From NCBI GenBank assembly GCA_038087875.1, contig CM075987.1:19718001-19782000 (forward strand): a stretch of DNA of 64,000 nucleotides, read 5' to 3'. Positions 13,546-26,647 of this stretch are shown in pieces. The translations under genes and the position numbers were made by a program. Source of the DNA: Malacoraja senta. Lineage: Eukaryota. Numbering within the stretch: position 1 is the stretch's first letter; every line of letters starts with the position of its first letter. Under the pieces are notes generated by a model. That model did no database searches. It was given only the letters and a program-made list of their open reading frames with translations, and was not told where the DNA came from.

Positions 13546-15175
13546 CATAAGGACAAGGATGGCTTGTTTTCCTGGTCAAGGAGACATTTGGTAAGATTGG
13601 GGATAATAACTCAACAACACAGTTCAATCATAGTGACACACTTGTGAACTGAGTTCATTCTCATATAATGTGATTTCGTTGCACATGCATTAAATATCCT
13701 GGTGCAGACTACCAATGAGTAGATTCAGAGCATCTTGGTGCACCTTCAGCCTCTGCTGATCTGCTGTTAACTGTGGGTGTGTGTCAAACACAAAGTGCTG
13801 CAGGAGGAGCGGCTGATAAAGTCTGAGGTTTAGCTTATCGTGTGGAATCATGGAATGATGCAGCACAACACAAGGTCTGTCATACCATTGTTCATTTGCC
13901 AGTTTTTGAAAAAGCTGTCCAATTTGTTCCACTCACCAACTCCTCACTCACAGACCTGCATTTTCTTTCTCTTTAAGTAATTCCCTTTTGAAACTTCTTA
14001 TTGAATCTGTTTTGACCGTTCATTTTGACCGTGCTCACAGGCAGCAATTTGCTGCAATTTCATTCCTTATTTCACCAAATTGAAACACGATATGCCAAAG
14101 GTCTGACAGCTACACTACACCTATCCGAAGCGAAGTGAGCACGTATAAACCTTGCTCATCCAAATCCAATGTGGCTTTGGACTCCACTGACTGCAGGAAC
14201 AAGACGTGGAAATTCTTTGTACATTGCCAAACGGGAGCTATAATACGACATGTTCGCCTGCCGTAGACTGTAAATCAGTGGCAAGAACAGGGGATAAGAT
14301 AATTGCACATTTCCTAACGTTCTGCCTTTTCCAGCCACCTTCACCACTTGTTTGACTTAAGATAGCTTGAATATGATTAACAAGCTGTAAGAGCGATGGC
14401 ATAGTTGTAATTGAAGAGCCTCTGGGAAGAATTTTGAATATGTTTAACCTGTATTAAGTATAGATATGCCAGAAACACTGGTGAATTTGCATCACATATG
14501 GAGATTTCATGTTCTAAACCGCCCTCCCTCCCCAAAGTTTAAATGGAAAGCAGGACTCAATTGCAATAGGAGCCAAAACATTTCATTAAATGTAATCATG
14601 TGGCCATCAGAAATTCACCATATGTGCCCCTGTATGCTGTTTACTTGTTATGCTAAACTTTGTTTGATGTGCTACCAATGCATAATTGTAATCCAGGCCA
14701 AAAGCCTCGGGCCTTGCCCTGTCACACTTAATTTTCAATTTTAGATTATAATGGAAATTAGAGCCAGACCAGCAGAGTGCAAAAAGGAAAGGTGTGTCTG
14801 TTGTGTGTGTTGCGCTATAACAGCAGGCAACGGTCATTGTGTTTCATCCAAATACCTCACAGCTTCATAAAACAAAATTGGCAAGGTTAACACCCATCTT
14901 GTACCCTGGCCCACATTTCCATAGTAACTGCTAGACTGGAATGATGCTACTTTTTCCCAGAACTCTAAAGGATGGCAGTTCCACTCACCACAAATTAGGA
15001 TCTCCTGCAACAAAACTATTGTGTTTCGATTTCCTTTAAAATAGAAGGAACTGCTTTGCTGAAACACAAAGTGCGAGAGTAACACAGCAGGTCACTGGAG
15101 AGAATGGATAGGTGAAGGTTGGTGACCCTTCTTCAGGCTTGATATACTGTCTTTCAAAACCTCTTGAAGTACTTT

Positions 15176-15500
15176 GAGTCATAGAGTCATACAGTGTGGA
15201 AACAGGCCCTTCGCCCCAACTTGCCCACACTGACCAACATGTCCCATCTACATTAGTCCCATTTGCCTGCGTTTGTCCCTCTAAACCTGTCCTATCCATG
15301 TACCTGTCTAAATGCTTCTTAAACGCTGTAATAGTCCCTGCCTCAACTACCTCATCTGGCAGCTCATTTCATACTCCTACCACCCTCAGATTCCTATAAA
15401 ATCTTTCCCCTTTCACCTTAAGCCTATACCCTCTAGCTCTTGATTCCCCTACTCTGGGCAAGAGACTCGGTGCATCTACCCGATATATTCCACTCATACT
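15176..15500 (-). mobile_element. CR1 3' end fragment, preceded by a PLE-derived repeat at about 15045-15140
   Basis: GAGTCATAGAGTCATACAGTGTGGAAACAGGCCCTTCG tail; similar to 21798-22150. Confidence 0.85.
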
Positions 15501-16326
15501 TTGCATTCATGAAATCATTTTTGAAATGTAGTTATTGTTGAGATGAAGTCAATTTGTCCTGGTCAATGTCCTCAAAGAGCATTTAAATCGGTCTCTGGGA
15601 TGTTGGTTCCGTGATGAATATTGTCAGGAATACCACAGGGTCTCCTTTGCTTTGAACAGTAGAACAAGACCATTTACATTGAGCCAAGAGAACAGATCTA
15701 ATCTAAACATGATGCCTCTGCCATTCAACTATGTCTGAGTTGCTGACTTGTAGTTCAAGTCCTTGAAGTGCGTCATTGAGTTGTCCAGAGTTGGATAAAT
15801 TGAGTAACCCAAAAAGAGAAGAGAGAAATGTACATTAGAAGCAAGTATCCTCGCTCTCAGACCACAATTCTCATTTTGCACAGCTACATCATTCCGTCAT
15901 GATTATTATGCATTAATGTAATATATTTATTTAACGTTCTATGGTACTGAATTTATACCTGATGCTCTCAGCATAATATTGTAACATCTAATTTTGTCAA
16001 CAAAAAATAAAGAAACTCAGCAGATCAGGAAGCATCTGTGGAGGGGATGGACAGGTGATGTTTTAGGTTGGGACCCCCCCCTCCCCCACACTCCCCTTCT
16101 GCCTGATGCCATCGACCTGCTTCCCAATTTGTTATGCAGTACTCCTCATACACCACAGGGTGGCACCATGGCAGTGAATTTCCAGGAGATCCAGGCACAG
16201 AGCAGATCCTTGTTGTCACATTGGACCCATGGACATCCTTGACTCCACACAACCTCCTCTTCCTCTTTTCTCACTCAGTCATGTGCCGTCATGCCTGTCT
16301 GCATCCCCTCGCTGGTCTTCCCTTGC

Positions 16327-16655
16327 TGAATGAAGTATTTAAAATTATTAGATGCATGGATGTAGACAGAATCTTGTTCCCAGCATTTAAATGTCAAAGA
16401 TTAGAGGGCACAGCTTTAAGGTGAGAGGGGCAAAGTTGAAAGGAGATATGTGGAACGTTTTTTACATAGCGTGTGGTGGGTGCCTGGAATGTGCAGTCAT
16501 GGAAGCAGATATGATAGTGAAATTCATAGGCTCTTAGATAGGCACATGGATGTGGACGGACATGGATCAGGTGCAGGCAGAGGAGATTAGCTTAACCTGC
16601 CATCACATTGTGGTCTGAAGGTCCTGTTCCTCTGTGGTACTGTTCTATGTTCTAT
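16327..16655 (+). mobile_element. CR1 3' end fragment
   Basis: EVFKII remnant, AGAGGGCACAGCTTTAAGGTGAGAGGGG and GAAGGTCCTGTTCC tail. Confidence 0.8.
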
Positions 16656-17099
16656 AAGCCTCTGCCGCCCCGGATGCCATCTGCTCTCGCCCTGCTGTAA
16701 CCAGAAGTGGAAACCATGGCCACTGTCCATCACCTGTGTTACCTCCTCATAGCTTCTGATTTGATTAATTATCACTGATATTATTGAGTAAAGCAAAGGT
16801 CCTCATTTAATTGGTGTGACCTTGGACAGGTACATTGATCAGGAAGATTAAGAGAGATATGGGCCAAAAGCAGGCAAGTGGGACCAGCTTAGATGGGGCA
16901 TCTCAGTCAGCATTCACTAGTTGGGCTGAAAGGCATGTCTCCATGCTGCATTCTCAATTTAATAACATTGTTAATTAACATTGTTAATAAATAATCTAAT
17001 GTTTTTTTACCAATTTTCTTCCCATTTATCTAATCCTTGTAGCCCCACTGTTTTTGACTTAATGTATTCTGTGGAAGTTGCTTTAAATTTGTCAACCAT

Positions 17100-19410
17100 T
17101 CTGAGAACGGAGGGTGAGTAGCCAGAGCTTGTGATCCATATTGATACCAATGACATGGGTAGGAAGGGAGATAGGTCATGCAAAGAGAATTTAGGGAGTT
17201 AGTAATAGCTTGAAAAACTGAGAGACAAGAATGCTGGTATCCTGTGTGGAACACAAAGTGTTGGAGTAGCTCAGCGGGTCAGGCAACAGCTCTGGAGAAC
17301 ATGAATAGGTGCTGTTTTGGGTGGGGCCCTTCTTCAGAAACAGCATATCCAAGGTTTTGATGTCAGAATTACCAGCAGCATCACTATTGAGGCAAGGAAT
17401 AGAAATATAGTGCAGTTGAACACATGGCTAAGGAACTTGTTCAGGTGAGAGGGCTTCGGATCTATGGACAAATGGGTGCTCGTCCTGTGCAGATAGGACC
17501 CGTACCAGAAGAGCAAGTTGCACCTGAATTTTAATATCCTGGCTGGGGGGTTCAGTACTGCTAATTCAAGGGGTTTAATCAAGAGTGGCAAGAGCCGGGA
17601 ACACTAGCAGCAGGTCAGCAAATAGAAGGACTGATGGGAAGATAGAGGCCATGAGTAGTAAATCTCAAAGAAGGACAAGCAGGGAGAGGTTAATGAACAT
17701 AGTGAAACTAATGAGCTGAAGTGTGGTTATTTCAAAGCAAGGAATATCATGGACAAAGCGGATGAACTTAAAGTCTGCATTTGTGCATGGAACTATGATA
17801 TTGTGGCCAGTAAGGCGAGTTGTTCACGAGAGAAACTAAGTTGGCAGCTTAACGTTCCAGTGTTTTGATGTTTCGGATGTAACAGAGAAGGAGGTAAAAG
17901 AGGTGGAGGAGTTGCTCACCAATGAGGTAGAATGTCTCCTCGGCACTCGGAAAAGACATACTGTAGGGTTGAGGCAATGTGGGTTGAGCTCAAAAATAAG
18001 AATGGTGCAATTGCTTCTCAATATCTTCCCGGGAAATAGAGGAGCAGATATGTAGACATGTGGAAAGATGTAAAAGCAACAGATTTATTGTAGTGGGTGA
18101 CTTTAACTTCCCCAATATTGACCGTGATTTCCTTGCATCTGTGATGCAAGAGGCTTGGATGGAAACTTGTTAGGTGTAACCAAGAGAGTTCTTAAAACAG
18201 TATGTGGATAGTCCAACTTGAGGAGGGATCATACAAGATCCTGTATGGGGAACCTGGCAAGGTGACTTGTGTTTCAGTGGAAGAGCATTTTGGGAATAGT
18301 TATCATAACCATAGATTTTTAGATAGTTATAAATAAGGATATGTCTGGACCTTTTGGGAAAGTATTAAATTGGATTAGGGCAGACTGTAACATTATTTGG
18401 CAAGTTCTAAGAGAGTAAATTAGGAGCAGCTGTTATTGAGAAAGTCCACATCTGACATGTGGGAGTTGTTTACGGACCAGCGACCAGCTGATCTGAGTTC
18501 AGGACAGGCTTGTTCCAGTAAAGATGAGGGATAAGGATGGTAATGTAAGGGAACCTTGGATGACAAGAGAGGTTCTACATTTAGTCAAAAATAAAAGGAA
18601 GCATATGTAAGGTTGAGGAAGATGAAATCAGACAGGGGCTTTGAGGAACATAAAGCAAGGAGGAAAGAACTCAAGCAGGCAATCAGAAGTGCCAAAAGGG
18701 GCCATGAAATGTCATTAGCAAGTCAGATTTTAAAAAATCCCAAAGCAATTTTACTTACATGAAAAACAAGAGGTTAGCTAGGGATAGGGGAAAATCACTC
18801 AAGGATAAAGGAGGGAGTTTATGCCTGCAGTCAGAGGATGTAGCTAAGGGCCTAAACAAGTACTCTACATTATTATTCACCAAGGATAAAGAAGGGCATG
18901 GATGATAGTGAGATGGGTGTGGGGAAGACTAATTAATGAGAGCAGTTTGAGATCAGGAAGCAGATGGTGTTGGATCTCTTGACAAGCATTAAGGTGGATA
19001 AATCCCCAGGACCTGATGGGTTTTATCTCAGGTTATTGAGAGAGGCAAGAGAAGAGATTACAGGGACCTTGATGAAGATCTTTAAAACCTTTCTAGCCAT
19101 AGGGGATCTGGTATATGGTATGCTTGCCTTTATCGGTCAAAGCATTGAGTCTAAGAGTCAGGAAGTCATGTTGAGACTTTTTAAAACTTTGATAGGACTA
19201 TATTTGAAGTATTGTGTGCAATTTTGGTTATCCCATTAGCATGAAGTTGATGCAATAGTGGTGTTTAGGAGGCTTTTAGACAGGCACATGTATCTGCAGG
19301 AAATGGAGGGACATGGATTACATGCAGGCAGAGGAGATTAGTTTAATTTGGCATCATGTTCAGCGCAGACACTGTGTGCCGAAGGTCCTGTTCCTGTGCT
19401 GTACTGTTCA
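17100..19410 (+). mobile_element. Decayed long CR1: ORF1 esterase remnant, ORF2 endonuclease and linker, internally deleted RT, 3' tail
   Basis: PELVIHIDTND (ORF1 SGNH-like), VVGDFNFPNID (APE endonuclease), IKVDKSPGPDGFYLRLLRE, YGMLAFIGQSIE and YCVQFW; PLE repeat inserted at about 17247-17337. Confidence 0.85.
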
Positions 19411-19988
19411 GTTTAATTACCTGGCTTCATCATTGCTGAAATGTTTTCAATGTCTGAATGATTTACAATTGTCTTATTATCATGATCACTTCAGCCTTGA
19501 TGTGGCGACATGTTTGCCTTTGAGCCGTTTGCTTGTTGGTTCAAATCGTTCTCTGGACCTTGATAACGAGTAATTATATAGGAGGTGTTGCCATTTGGAT
19601 GTGACTTTAATCTGTCATCCCAGACACTTAAGTGATGCATTGGCATTATTGGAAGAAGAATAGGGTTCTCTAAATGTCTGGCCAACATTTATTCATACAT
19701 GCAGACCACATTTTACTTGAAGCACATTGTCAACTATGGGAGTTGGCAGTGTACTCTTGTGTTTGCCAAGCAGAAAAGCAATATACTTAAAAAAGTGATT
19801 AACCAGCTGTGAACCACTTTAAAATGGTTTGAGATGTAAAAAGTTTTGCATAAATTATAGAACAACAAACATATTCTTCTGAATGCAAGCACGTAATGGT
19901 TACGCAAGGAATGGAATGATATGGATCACATGTAGGCAGCGGAGATTAGTTTAAGTTGGTATGTTCAGCATGGACATCATGGGCCAAA

Positions 19989-21391
19989 GACCAGTTAGTC
20001 TAACGTCGGTAGTGGGGAAACTGCTAGAGTCAGTTATTAAAGATGGGATAGCAGCACATTTGGAAAGTGGTGAAATCATTGGACAAAGTCAGCATGGATT
20101 TACGAAAGGTAAATCATGTCTGACGAATCTTATAGAATTTTTCGAGGATGTAACTAGTAGCGTGGATAGGGGAGAACCAGTGGATGTGGTGTATCTGGAC
20201 TTCCAGAAGGCTTTCGACAAGGTCCCACATAAGAGATTAGTATACAAACTTAAAGCACATGGCATTGGGGGTTCAGTATTGATGTGGATAGAGAACTGGC
20301 TGGCAAACAGGAAGCAAAGAGTAGGAGTAAACGGGTCCTTTTCACAATGGCAGGCAGTGACTAGTGGGGTACCGCAAGGCTCAGTGCTGGGACCCCAGCT
20401 ATTTACAATATATATTAATGATCTGGATGAGGGAATTGAAGGCAATATCTCCAAGTTTGTGGATGACACTAAGCTGGGGGGCAGTGTTAGCTGTGAGGAG
20501 GATGCTAGGAGACTGCAAGGTGACTTGGATAGGCTGGGTGAGTGGGCAAATGTTTGGCAGATGCAGTATAATGTGGATAAATGTGAGGTTATCCATTTTG
20601 GTGGCAAAAACAGGAAAGCAGACTATTATCTAAATGGTGGCCGACTAGGAAAAGGGGAGATGCAGCGAGACCTGGGTGTCATGGTACACCAGTCATTGAA
20701 AGTAGGCATGCAGGTGCAGCAGGCAGTGAAGAAAGCAAATGGTATGTTAGCTTTCATAGCAATAGGATTTGAGTATAGGAGCAGGGAGGTTCTACTGCAG
20801 TTGTACAGGGTCTTGGTGAGACCACACCTGGAGTATTGCGTACAGTTTTGGTCTCCAAATCTGAGGAAGGACATTATTGCCATAGAGGGAGTGCAGAGAA
20901 GGTTCACCAGACTGATTCCTGGGATGTCAGGACTGTCTTATGAAGAAAGACTGGATAGACTTGGTTTATACTCTCTAGAATTTAGGAGATTGAGAGGGGA
21001 TCTTATAGAAACTTACAAAATTCTTAAGGGGTTGGACAGGCTAGATGCAGGAAGATTGTTCCCGATGTTGGGGAAGTCCAGGACAAAGGGTCACAGCTTA
21101 AGGATAAGGGGGAAATCCTTTAAAACCGAGATGAGAAGAACTTTTTTCACACAGAGAGTGGTGAATCTCTGGAACTCTCTGCCACAGAGGGTAGTCGAGG
21201 CCAGTTCATTGGCTATATTTAAGAGGGAGTTAGATGTGGCCCTTGTGGCTAAAGGGATCAGAGGGTATGGAGAGAAGGCAGGTACGGGATACTGAGTTGG
21301 ATGATCAGCCATGATCATATTGAATGGCGGTGCAGGCTCGAAGGGCCGAATGGCCTACTCCTGGACCTAATTTCTATGTTTCTATGTTTCT
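19989..21391 (+). mobile_element. Young 5'-truncated CR1 LINE with uninterrupted RT-to-stop ORF2 and 3' UTR
   Basis: RPVSLTSVVGKLLE, QHGF, LDFQKAFDKV, SGVPQGSVLGP, SKFVDDTK; stop at 21295; 3' UTR ends in (TTTCTATG)n; inserted in an older CR1 tail (about 19905-19988 and 21392-21415). Confidence 0.97.
19991..21295 (+). pseudogene. CR1 ORF2 reverse transcriptase domain (N-terminally truncated, no endonuclease)
   Basis: ORF track 19961..21295; the first nine or so residues come from flanking older CR1 tail sequence, not from this element. Confidence 0.9.
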
Positions 21392-21424
21392 AAAAGGCCT
21401 GTTCCTGTGATGTATAATTCCATG

Positions 21425-21575
21425 TGGACACAGGAAACTGCAACACAAAGTGCTGCAATAATCAGCGGGTCAGGCAGCATTTCCAGACATGGATAGCAGA
21501 TCAGAAACGTCACCTATCCATGTGCTCCAGAGATGCTGCCTGGCCCGCTGATTACTGCAGCACTTTGTATTCTGT
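21425..21575. mobile_element. PLE-derived fold-back repeat
   Basis: ACAAAGTGCTGCAATAATCAGCGGGTCAGGCAGCAT and ATGCTGCCTGGCCCGCTGATTACTGCAGCACTTTGT form inverted arms. Confidence 0.75.
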
Positions 21576-21797
21576 ACAGTTAAGTGCTTTATGTGGATGT
21601 TGCAGAGATATACCCCATTCCCCCAAACAGTCATTAAAAATATGAAATATGCTTATAACCCAATGGTATGAACATTGAATTCTTTAATTTTTGGTAACAT
21701 TTCTCATCCCCCCCTCCCCCCCCCCCACCAGCTCCCCCCCCCCCCCCCCACCCCCTTTCCTATGCCCCACCCTGATGCATACCCATTTCTCCATATT

Positions 21798-23830
21798 AGA
21801 GTCAGAGAGTCAAACATTGTGGAAACAGGCCCATCGGCCCAACTTGCCCACACCGGCCAACAATGTCCCAGCTACATTAGTCCCACTTGCGTGCGGTTTG
21901 TCCATTTCCCTCCAAACCTGTCCTATCCATGTACCTGTCTACTGTTTCTTAAATGATGGGATAGTCCCAGCCTCAACTACTTCCTCTGGCAGCTTGTTCC
22001 ATACACCCACCATCCTTTGTGTGAAAAAGTTACCTCTCGGATTCTTATTAAATCTTTCCCCCTTCACCTTGAATCTATGTCCTTTGGTCCTCGATTCCCC
22101 TACCCTGGGCAAGAGACTGTGCATCTACCCGATCTATTCCTCATGATTTTGTACACCTCTATAAGATCACCCCTCATCCTCCTGCGCTCCATGGAATAGA
22201 GACCCAGCCTACTCAACCTCTCCCTATAGCCCACACTCTCTAGTCCTGGCAACATCCTCGTAAATCTTTTCTGAACCCTTTCAAGCTTGATAATATCTTT
22301 CCTATAACATGGTGCTCAGAACTGAACACAATATTCTAAATGCGGTCTCAGCAATGTCTTATACAACTGTAACATGACCTCCAAATTTCTATACTCAAGA
22401 CTGATGAAGGCCAAAGTGCCAAAAGCCTTTTTGACCACCTTATCTACCTGCAACTCGATCTTCAAGGAACCATGCACCTGTACTCCTAGATCCCTCTGCT
22501 CTACAACACTACCCAGAGGCCTACCATTTACTGTGTAGGTCCTGTCCTTGTTCGACGTCCAAAATGCAACACCTCACGCTTCTATGTATTAAATTCCATC
22601 AACCATTCCTCCCCCCACCTGGCCAATCGATCCAGATCCTGCTGCAATCTTTCACAACCATCTTCACTATCTGCAAAACCACTCACTTTTTTATTATCAG
22701 CATTCTTGCTAATCTTGCCCTGTGTGTTCTCATCCAAATCTTTGATGTAGATGAGAAATAGTAATGGGCCCAGCACCGAACCCTGAGGCTCACCACTAGT
22801 CACAGGCCTCCAGTCCGAAAAGCACTACAGTACCTACCTTCAAACACGACAGTACCTTCAGTACTTCTTTGACGGTAACACTGACTGCTTTCAAGACACT
22901 TCCATTGACTGCCCCAAGTTCCTCCGTCGTACTGTCTTTCTCCTCGGTAAATACAGAGGAGAAATACTCATTGAGGACCTTGCCCATCTCCAGTGGCTTC
23001 ACACAGAGGTGACCGCTTTGATTCCTGAGAGGTCCCACTCTCTAGTTACCCTTTTCCCCCTTATGTATTTATAAAAACTTTTGGGATTGTCCTTAATGCT
23101 ACCCGCCAGGGCTATCTCCTGGCCCCTTTTTGCCCTTCTGATCTCCTTAGTTCCCGAAACTCCTCCAGGGATGCACTTGATCCCAGCTGCCTAAACCTAT
23201 CCCATGTATCCTTCTTGTTTGTGACCAACGCCTTAATTTCCCTCGTCAGCCAAGCTTCCTTACGTTTGCCTGCTTTGCCCTTCACTTTAATGGGGACGTA
23301 CATATCCTGAGCTTTCGTCAGCACACTTTTAAAAATATTCCACTTGCCCGATGTTCCTTTCCCCTCAAATAACCTGCTCCAGTCAACTTGAGCGAGACCT
23401 TCTCTCATACCCTCAAAGTTGGCCTTACCCCAGTTGAGCATTTTAACACGTGGACCCTCTCCGTCCCTATCCATAACTATCTTCAACCTGATCGAACTGT
23501 GGTCACTGGTCCCAAAAGGCTCCTCCACAAACACTTCATTAATTTGCCCTTCCCAATTTCCCAAGACTAGATCCATCGTTGCCCTCTCACGTGTGGGGGG
23601 CTCTACGTACTGCTTAAGAAAACTCTCTGGAACAATTTTAGGAATTGCACCCCATTTAAACCCTTCACACTATGATTTTCCAAGTCTATATTTGGAAAGT
23701 TAAAAACCCCTACTACAACAACCTTATTTAACCTGCAGCTGATGCAATCTCCTGGCATATTTGTTCTTCTAATTCTCCTTGACTGTTCGGGGGTCTGTAG
23801 TATACCCCCAACAAGGTGATCATCCATTTT
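21798..23830 (-). mobile_element. CR1 ORF2 (endonuclease, linker, deleted RT) with 3' tail
   Basis: VVVGVFNFPNID, DLVLGN, SDHSSIR, TSGEPQGSVLGPLLFLIYI and RTKGHRFKVKGERF; internal deletion near 22830. Confidence 0.92.
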
Positions 23831-23849
23831 TTGTTCCTCAGCTGTGCCC

Positions 23850-24182
23850 ACTTTCACCTTCCCTCTGTCCCCTTCCACTGTAACCTTCGCCGGCTTTACA
23901 TTTCACTCCTCTCCTTATCTGATACTTTTTTGTCTCCTTGCTGTCTCTAGACTTTGTCCACACACCTCCTGATGAAATTCCCCTCACCTGTATTCACCTA
24001 TCACTTTATCCCATCTGCACTTCTTTTCCAGCTTTCATCCCCTTCTAACAATCACTCTGAGAAAGGGTGCAGACCAAAACATCATCTATCCATGTCCTCC
24101 AGAGATGCTGCCTGACCCACTGAGTTACTCCAGCAATTTGTGTGTTTTTTTGGTAAACCAGCATCTACAGTTCCTTGTGTCA
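23850..24182 (+). mobile_element. PLE 3'/pseudo-LTR remnant
   Basis: CT-rich tract, degenerate CTGAGAAAGGG..AAAACATC motif, GATGCTGCCTGACCCACTGAGTTACTCCAGCA and CCAGCATCTACAGTTCCTTGTGTC tail. Confidence 0.75.
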
Positions 24183-25214
24183 ACATATTAAGGTTGTTTT
24201 ATTAATATAATGTATATTTGACCAGACCCTCCAAAAGGTGTGAAATATGTTCCTATGTACTCTCCTTGTTTCCCGAACCTGTCAGTGTTCACTTGAGGCA
24301 TCAGACTGAAGGTGTAAAACAATGTCTTCATGTTCCATTTGAATTCTGCAGTGAATTTGTAGCCCACTTACTGCGTAGCAGAATAATGTCCACATTCAGG
24401 AAAAGGGATGTTGCTCAACATTTTTAAAATTGCACCCCACATTCAGTCAGCCACAGCTAATTTAGCAATGGTTTTAATTTTGGAATGAGTGCAAGTTAGT
24501 GGTTAACATATAAGCACAAGGGTAAAAGAAGCATCCTAATCATCTTGAGCTTCGAAAATTCACCCGCAGTGACAGCAGCTGGGCTCCACGTTCGATTTGG
24601 AAGGCAACGTTACAAGGACCAGTGGAAACATCAATCTAAAAGTCAGGCAAATGTTGAATAGAGCACAGGAAATCTACCGTCTGTTGTAGAATGCATGAAC
24701 CACCATCTCTTCTGGGACACAACATGTAGGAGTTGGAAAATATCAGAATATCTAGGCTTTATTCCAAGACACAAACTGCTGGGAAGAAAAGAACCCAAAT
24801 TTCTATGTAAAATTATTTATAATACAATTACCTTAAAGGGACATGTGAACACCGAGTGGGTGTGATATTTTATAACAACAAAACAAAAGCTGAGGTTGAG
24901 GCCTAAAGCAGTCAATGTAACATTGATATGAGGTGTCCATCATCTCCATGCATTTCCCCAGCTACGGTTGGTAGAGTTGTTACTTTTAGGGCAAAATGAC
25001 AGCAGCCAAGCATTAGACAACTGTGAATAACCTTCAATACAACAACAAGCTGAGTTTCTTTATAACCATATGCTGGTGGAAACAGATGGATAAACATTTA
25101 AAACTTCAACTGCATGATGGAGTCCCACTGCACATGGACATGTTGGAACGATGCTGTAGACAGAAAGAATTTGTGTGGAGTCCAGGGTTCACCTTTAGAA
25201 CAAACTTTTATTAT

Positions 25215-25335
25215 AGTCTGATGAAGAGTCCCCACCTGAAACGTTGCCTATTCATATCCTCCAGGGATGCTGCGTGATCTGCTGACTTATTCCAGCACTT
25301 TGTGTGATATGCAAGCCAAGGAGTTCCTTGTGTCT
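25215..25335 (+). mobile_element. PLE-derived repeat with a CTGATGA...GAAACGTT hammerhead-like core
   Basis: GTCTGATGAAGAGTCCCCACCTGAAACGTTGCC at 25216-25248; stem II is degenerate. Confidence 0.65.
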
Positions 25336-26509
25336 ACTCCTTGTGCATGCAGCTGATTGTGTCTACTCTTTATTGCAAGTGGACCAACTTGGAACACATC
25401 TATCCTTGGTCAGATGTTCTCAAATCCAAAATGACATTATTTTTGTAATATTCATTATCTACTTTCCACCTGCTATATCTACTTTCTGTCATCAGACGTC
25501 TGAAGGGTCCTTCCTAAAGTAGGGTACAGTCCCTATTTTCCAAACTACCTCATTGCGTACATTTGACTTTGTCTCTGGAACTGTTACGTTACAATGTTGA
25601 GAAACTATATTCTGCACTCTGGCATCTTTCTCTTTGCTCTACTTTTTTACTTGTGTTTGGCTTATAGTTTATTCATACATAACAAAAATCCAATTTGATT
25701 GGATAGCACATAAGCAGAAGTTTTTCACTGTACCTCAGTATACGTGCCAATAATAAACCTGAAGTTGTTTTTGCTGCCCTGTGCTCTGGAATGCCGTATG
25801 CTACATAAGCCATATGCATTCCGTTTTTATCATGAATGTACAATGATGAATTCCTGCCCTAGAATCTGTGTGTGGTTGCTATGGAGTATCCAGGGATGGG
25901 TTCACTGTTGTTCACTTTTACCTTGCTACTGTTCACTGGCCCTGTGGACAAGAACATAGATGGCAGAGACCATCTATTATCCAGTTTCAATCAATTTTCA
26001 GTGAGGTCTATTGTGCAGCCTTGAGAATCATCCCACTTTCTGCCTTATCACACTGTGTCCCTTTCCAGCTGCCGAGATCCTCATATTCCTTAAGATATGG
26101 GAGGCTCTTCAGCCCATCGGGTCTATGCCATTGTCAGGATGTTCCTATTCCTCCATTTAATTCCCTGTAAGCATTTCTTCCCCACATTCCCTTACCCTTC
26201 TCTACCCTGTCCCTCACTGGCCTTCTTGTTATCTGCTACACTATTTTACCCATTAGGATGTAGGAGGCAATTACAATATTGAGCAAAAACCCACCAGGTC
26301 ACAGAGAGAACATGTAAACACCACAAAGATAGCTTCTGAGGACAGGACTGAATCATAGATTGCATGGGAGCAGCACAAACCGCCGCATTAGAACATTACA
26401 TTTTGAGCAAATTATTTGAAATAACTATTTTTAGCAAAAATATATTTTTATATAGATGTCGTTTGAGTTGTGTCCCTTTTTCAGACTGATCATCAGTTTG
26501 AAGAAGTGT

Positions 26510-26647
26510 CTTAGGGCTAAAGGAATCAAGGGATATGGGGAAAAAGCAGGAACGGGGTACTGATTTTAGATGTTCAGACATGATCATATTGAATGGCGGT
26601 TATAGCTCGAAGGGCTGAATGACCTACTCCTATTTGTATGTTTCCAT
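26510..26647 (+). mobile_element. CR1 3' tail inserted into a PLE-derived repeat (about 26455-26730)
   Basis: Matches 21245-21385; PLE motif is split on either side (TTTGAAGAAG ... CCCAACCTAAAATGCC). Confidence 0.75.

Noticed and set aside
14100..14270. Open frame of about 55 codons (PIRSEVSTYKPC...) with raised CpG
   Set aside because: Weak acceptor, no start codon, peptide not recognised.
19961..21295. 444-aa ORF as a host gene
   Set aside because: It is CR1 ORF2 RT; the start codon and first residues come by chance from an older flanking repeat and the endonuclease domain is absent.
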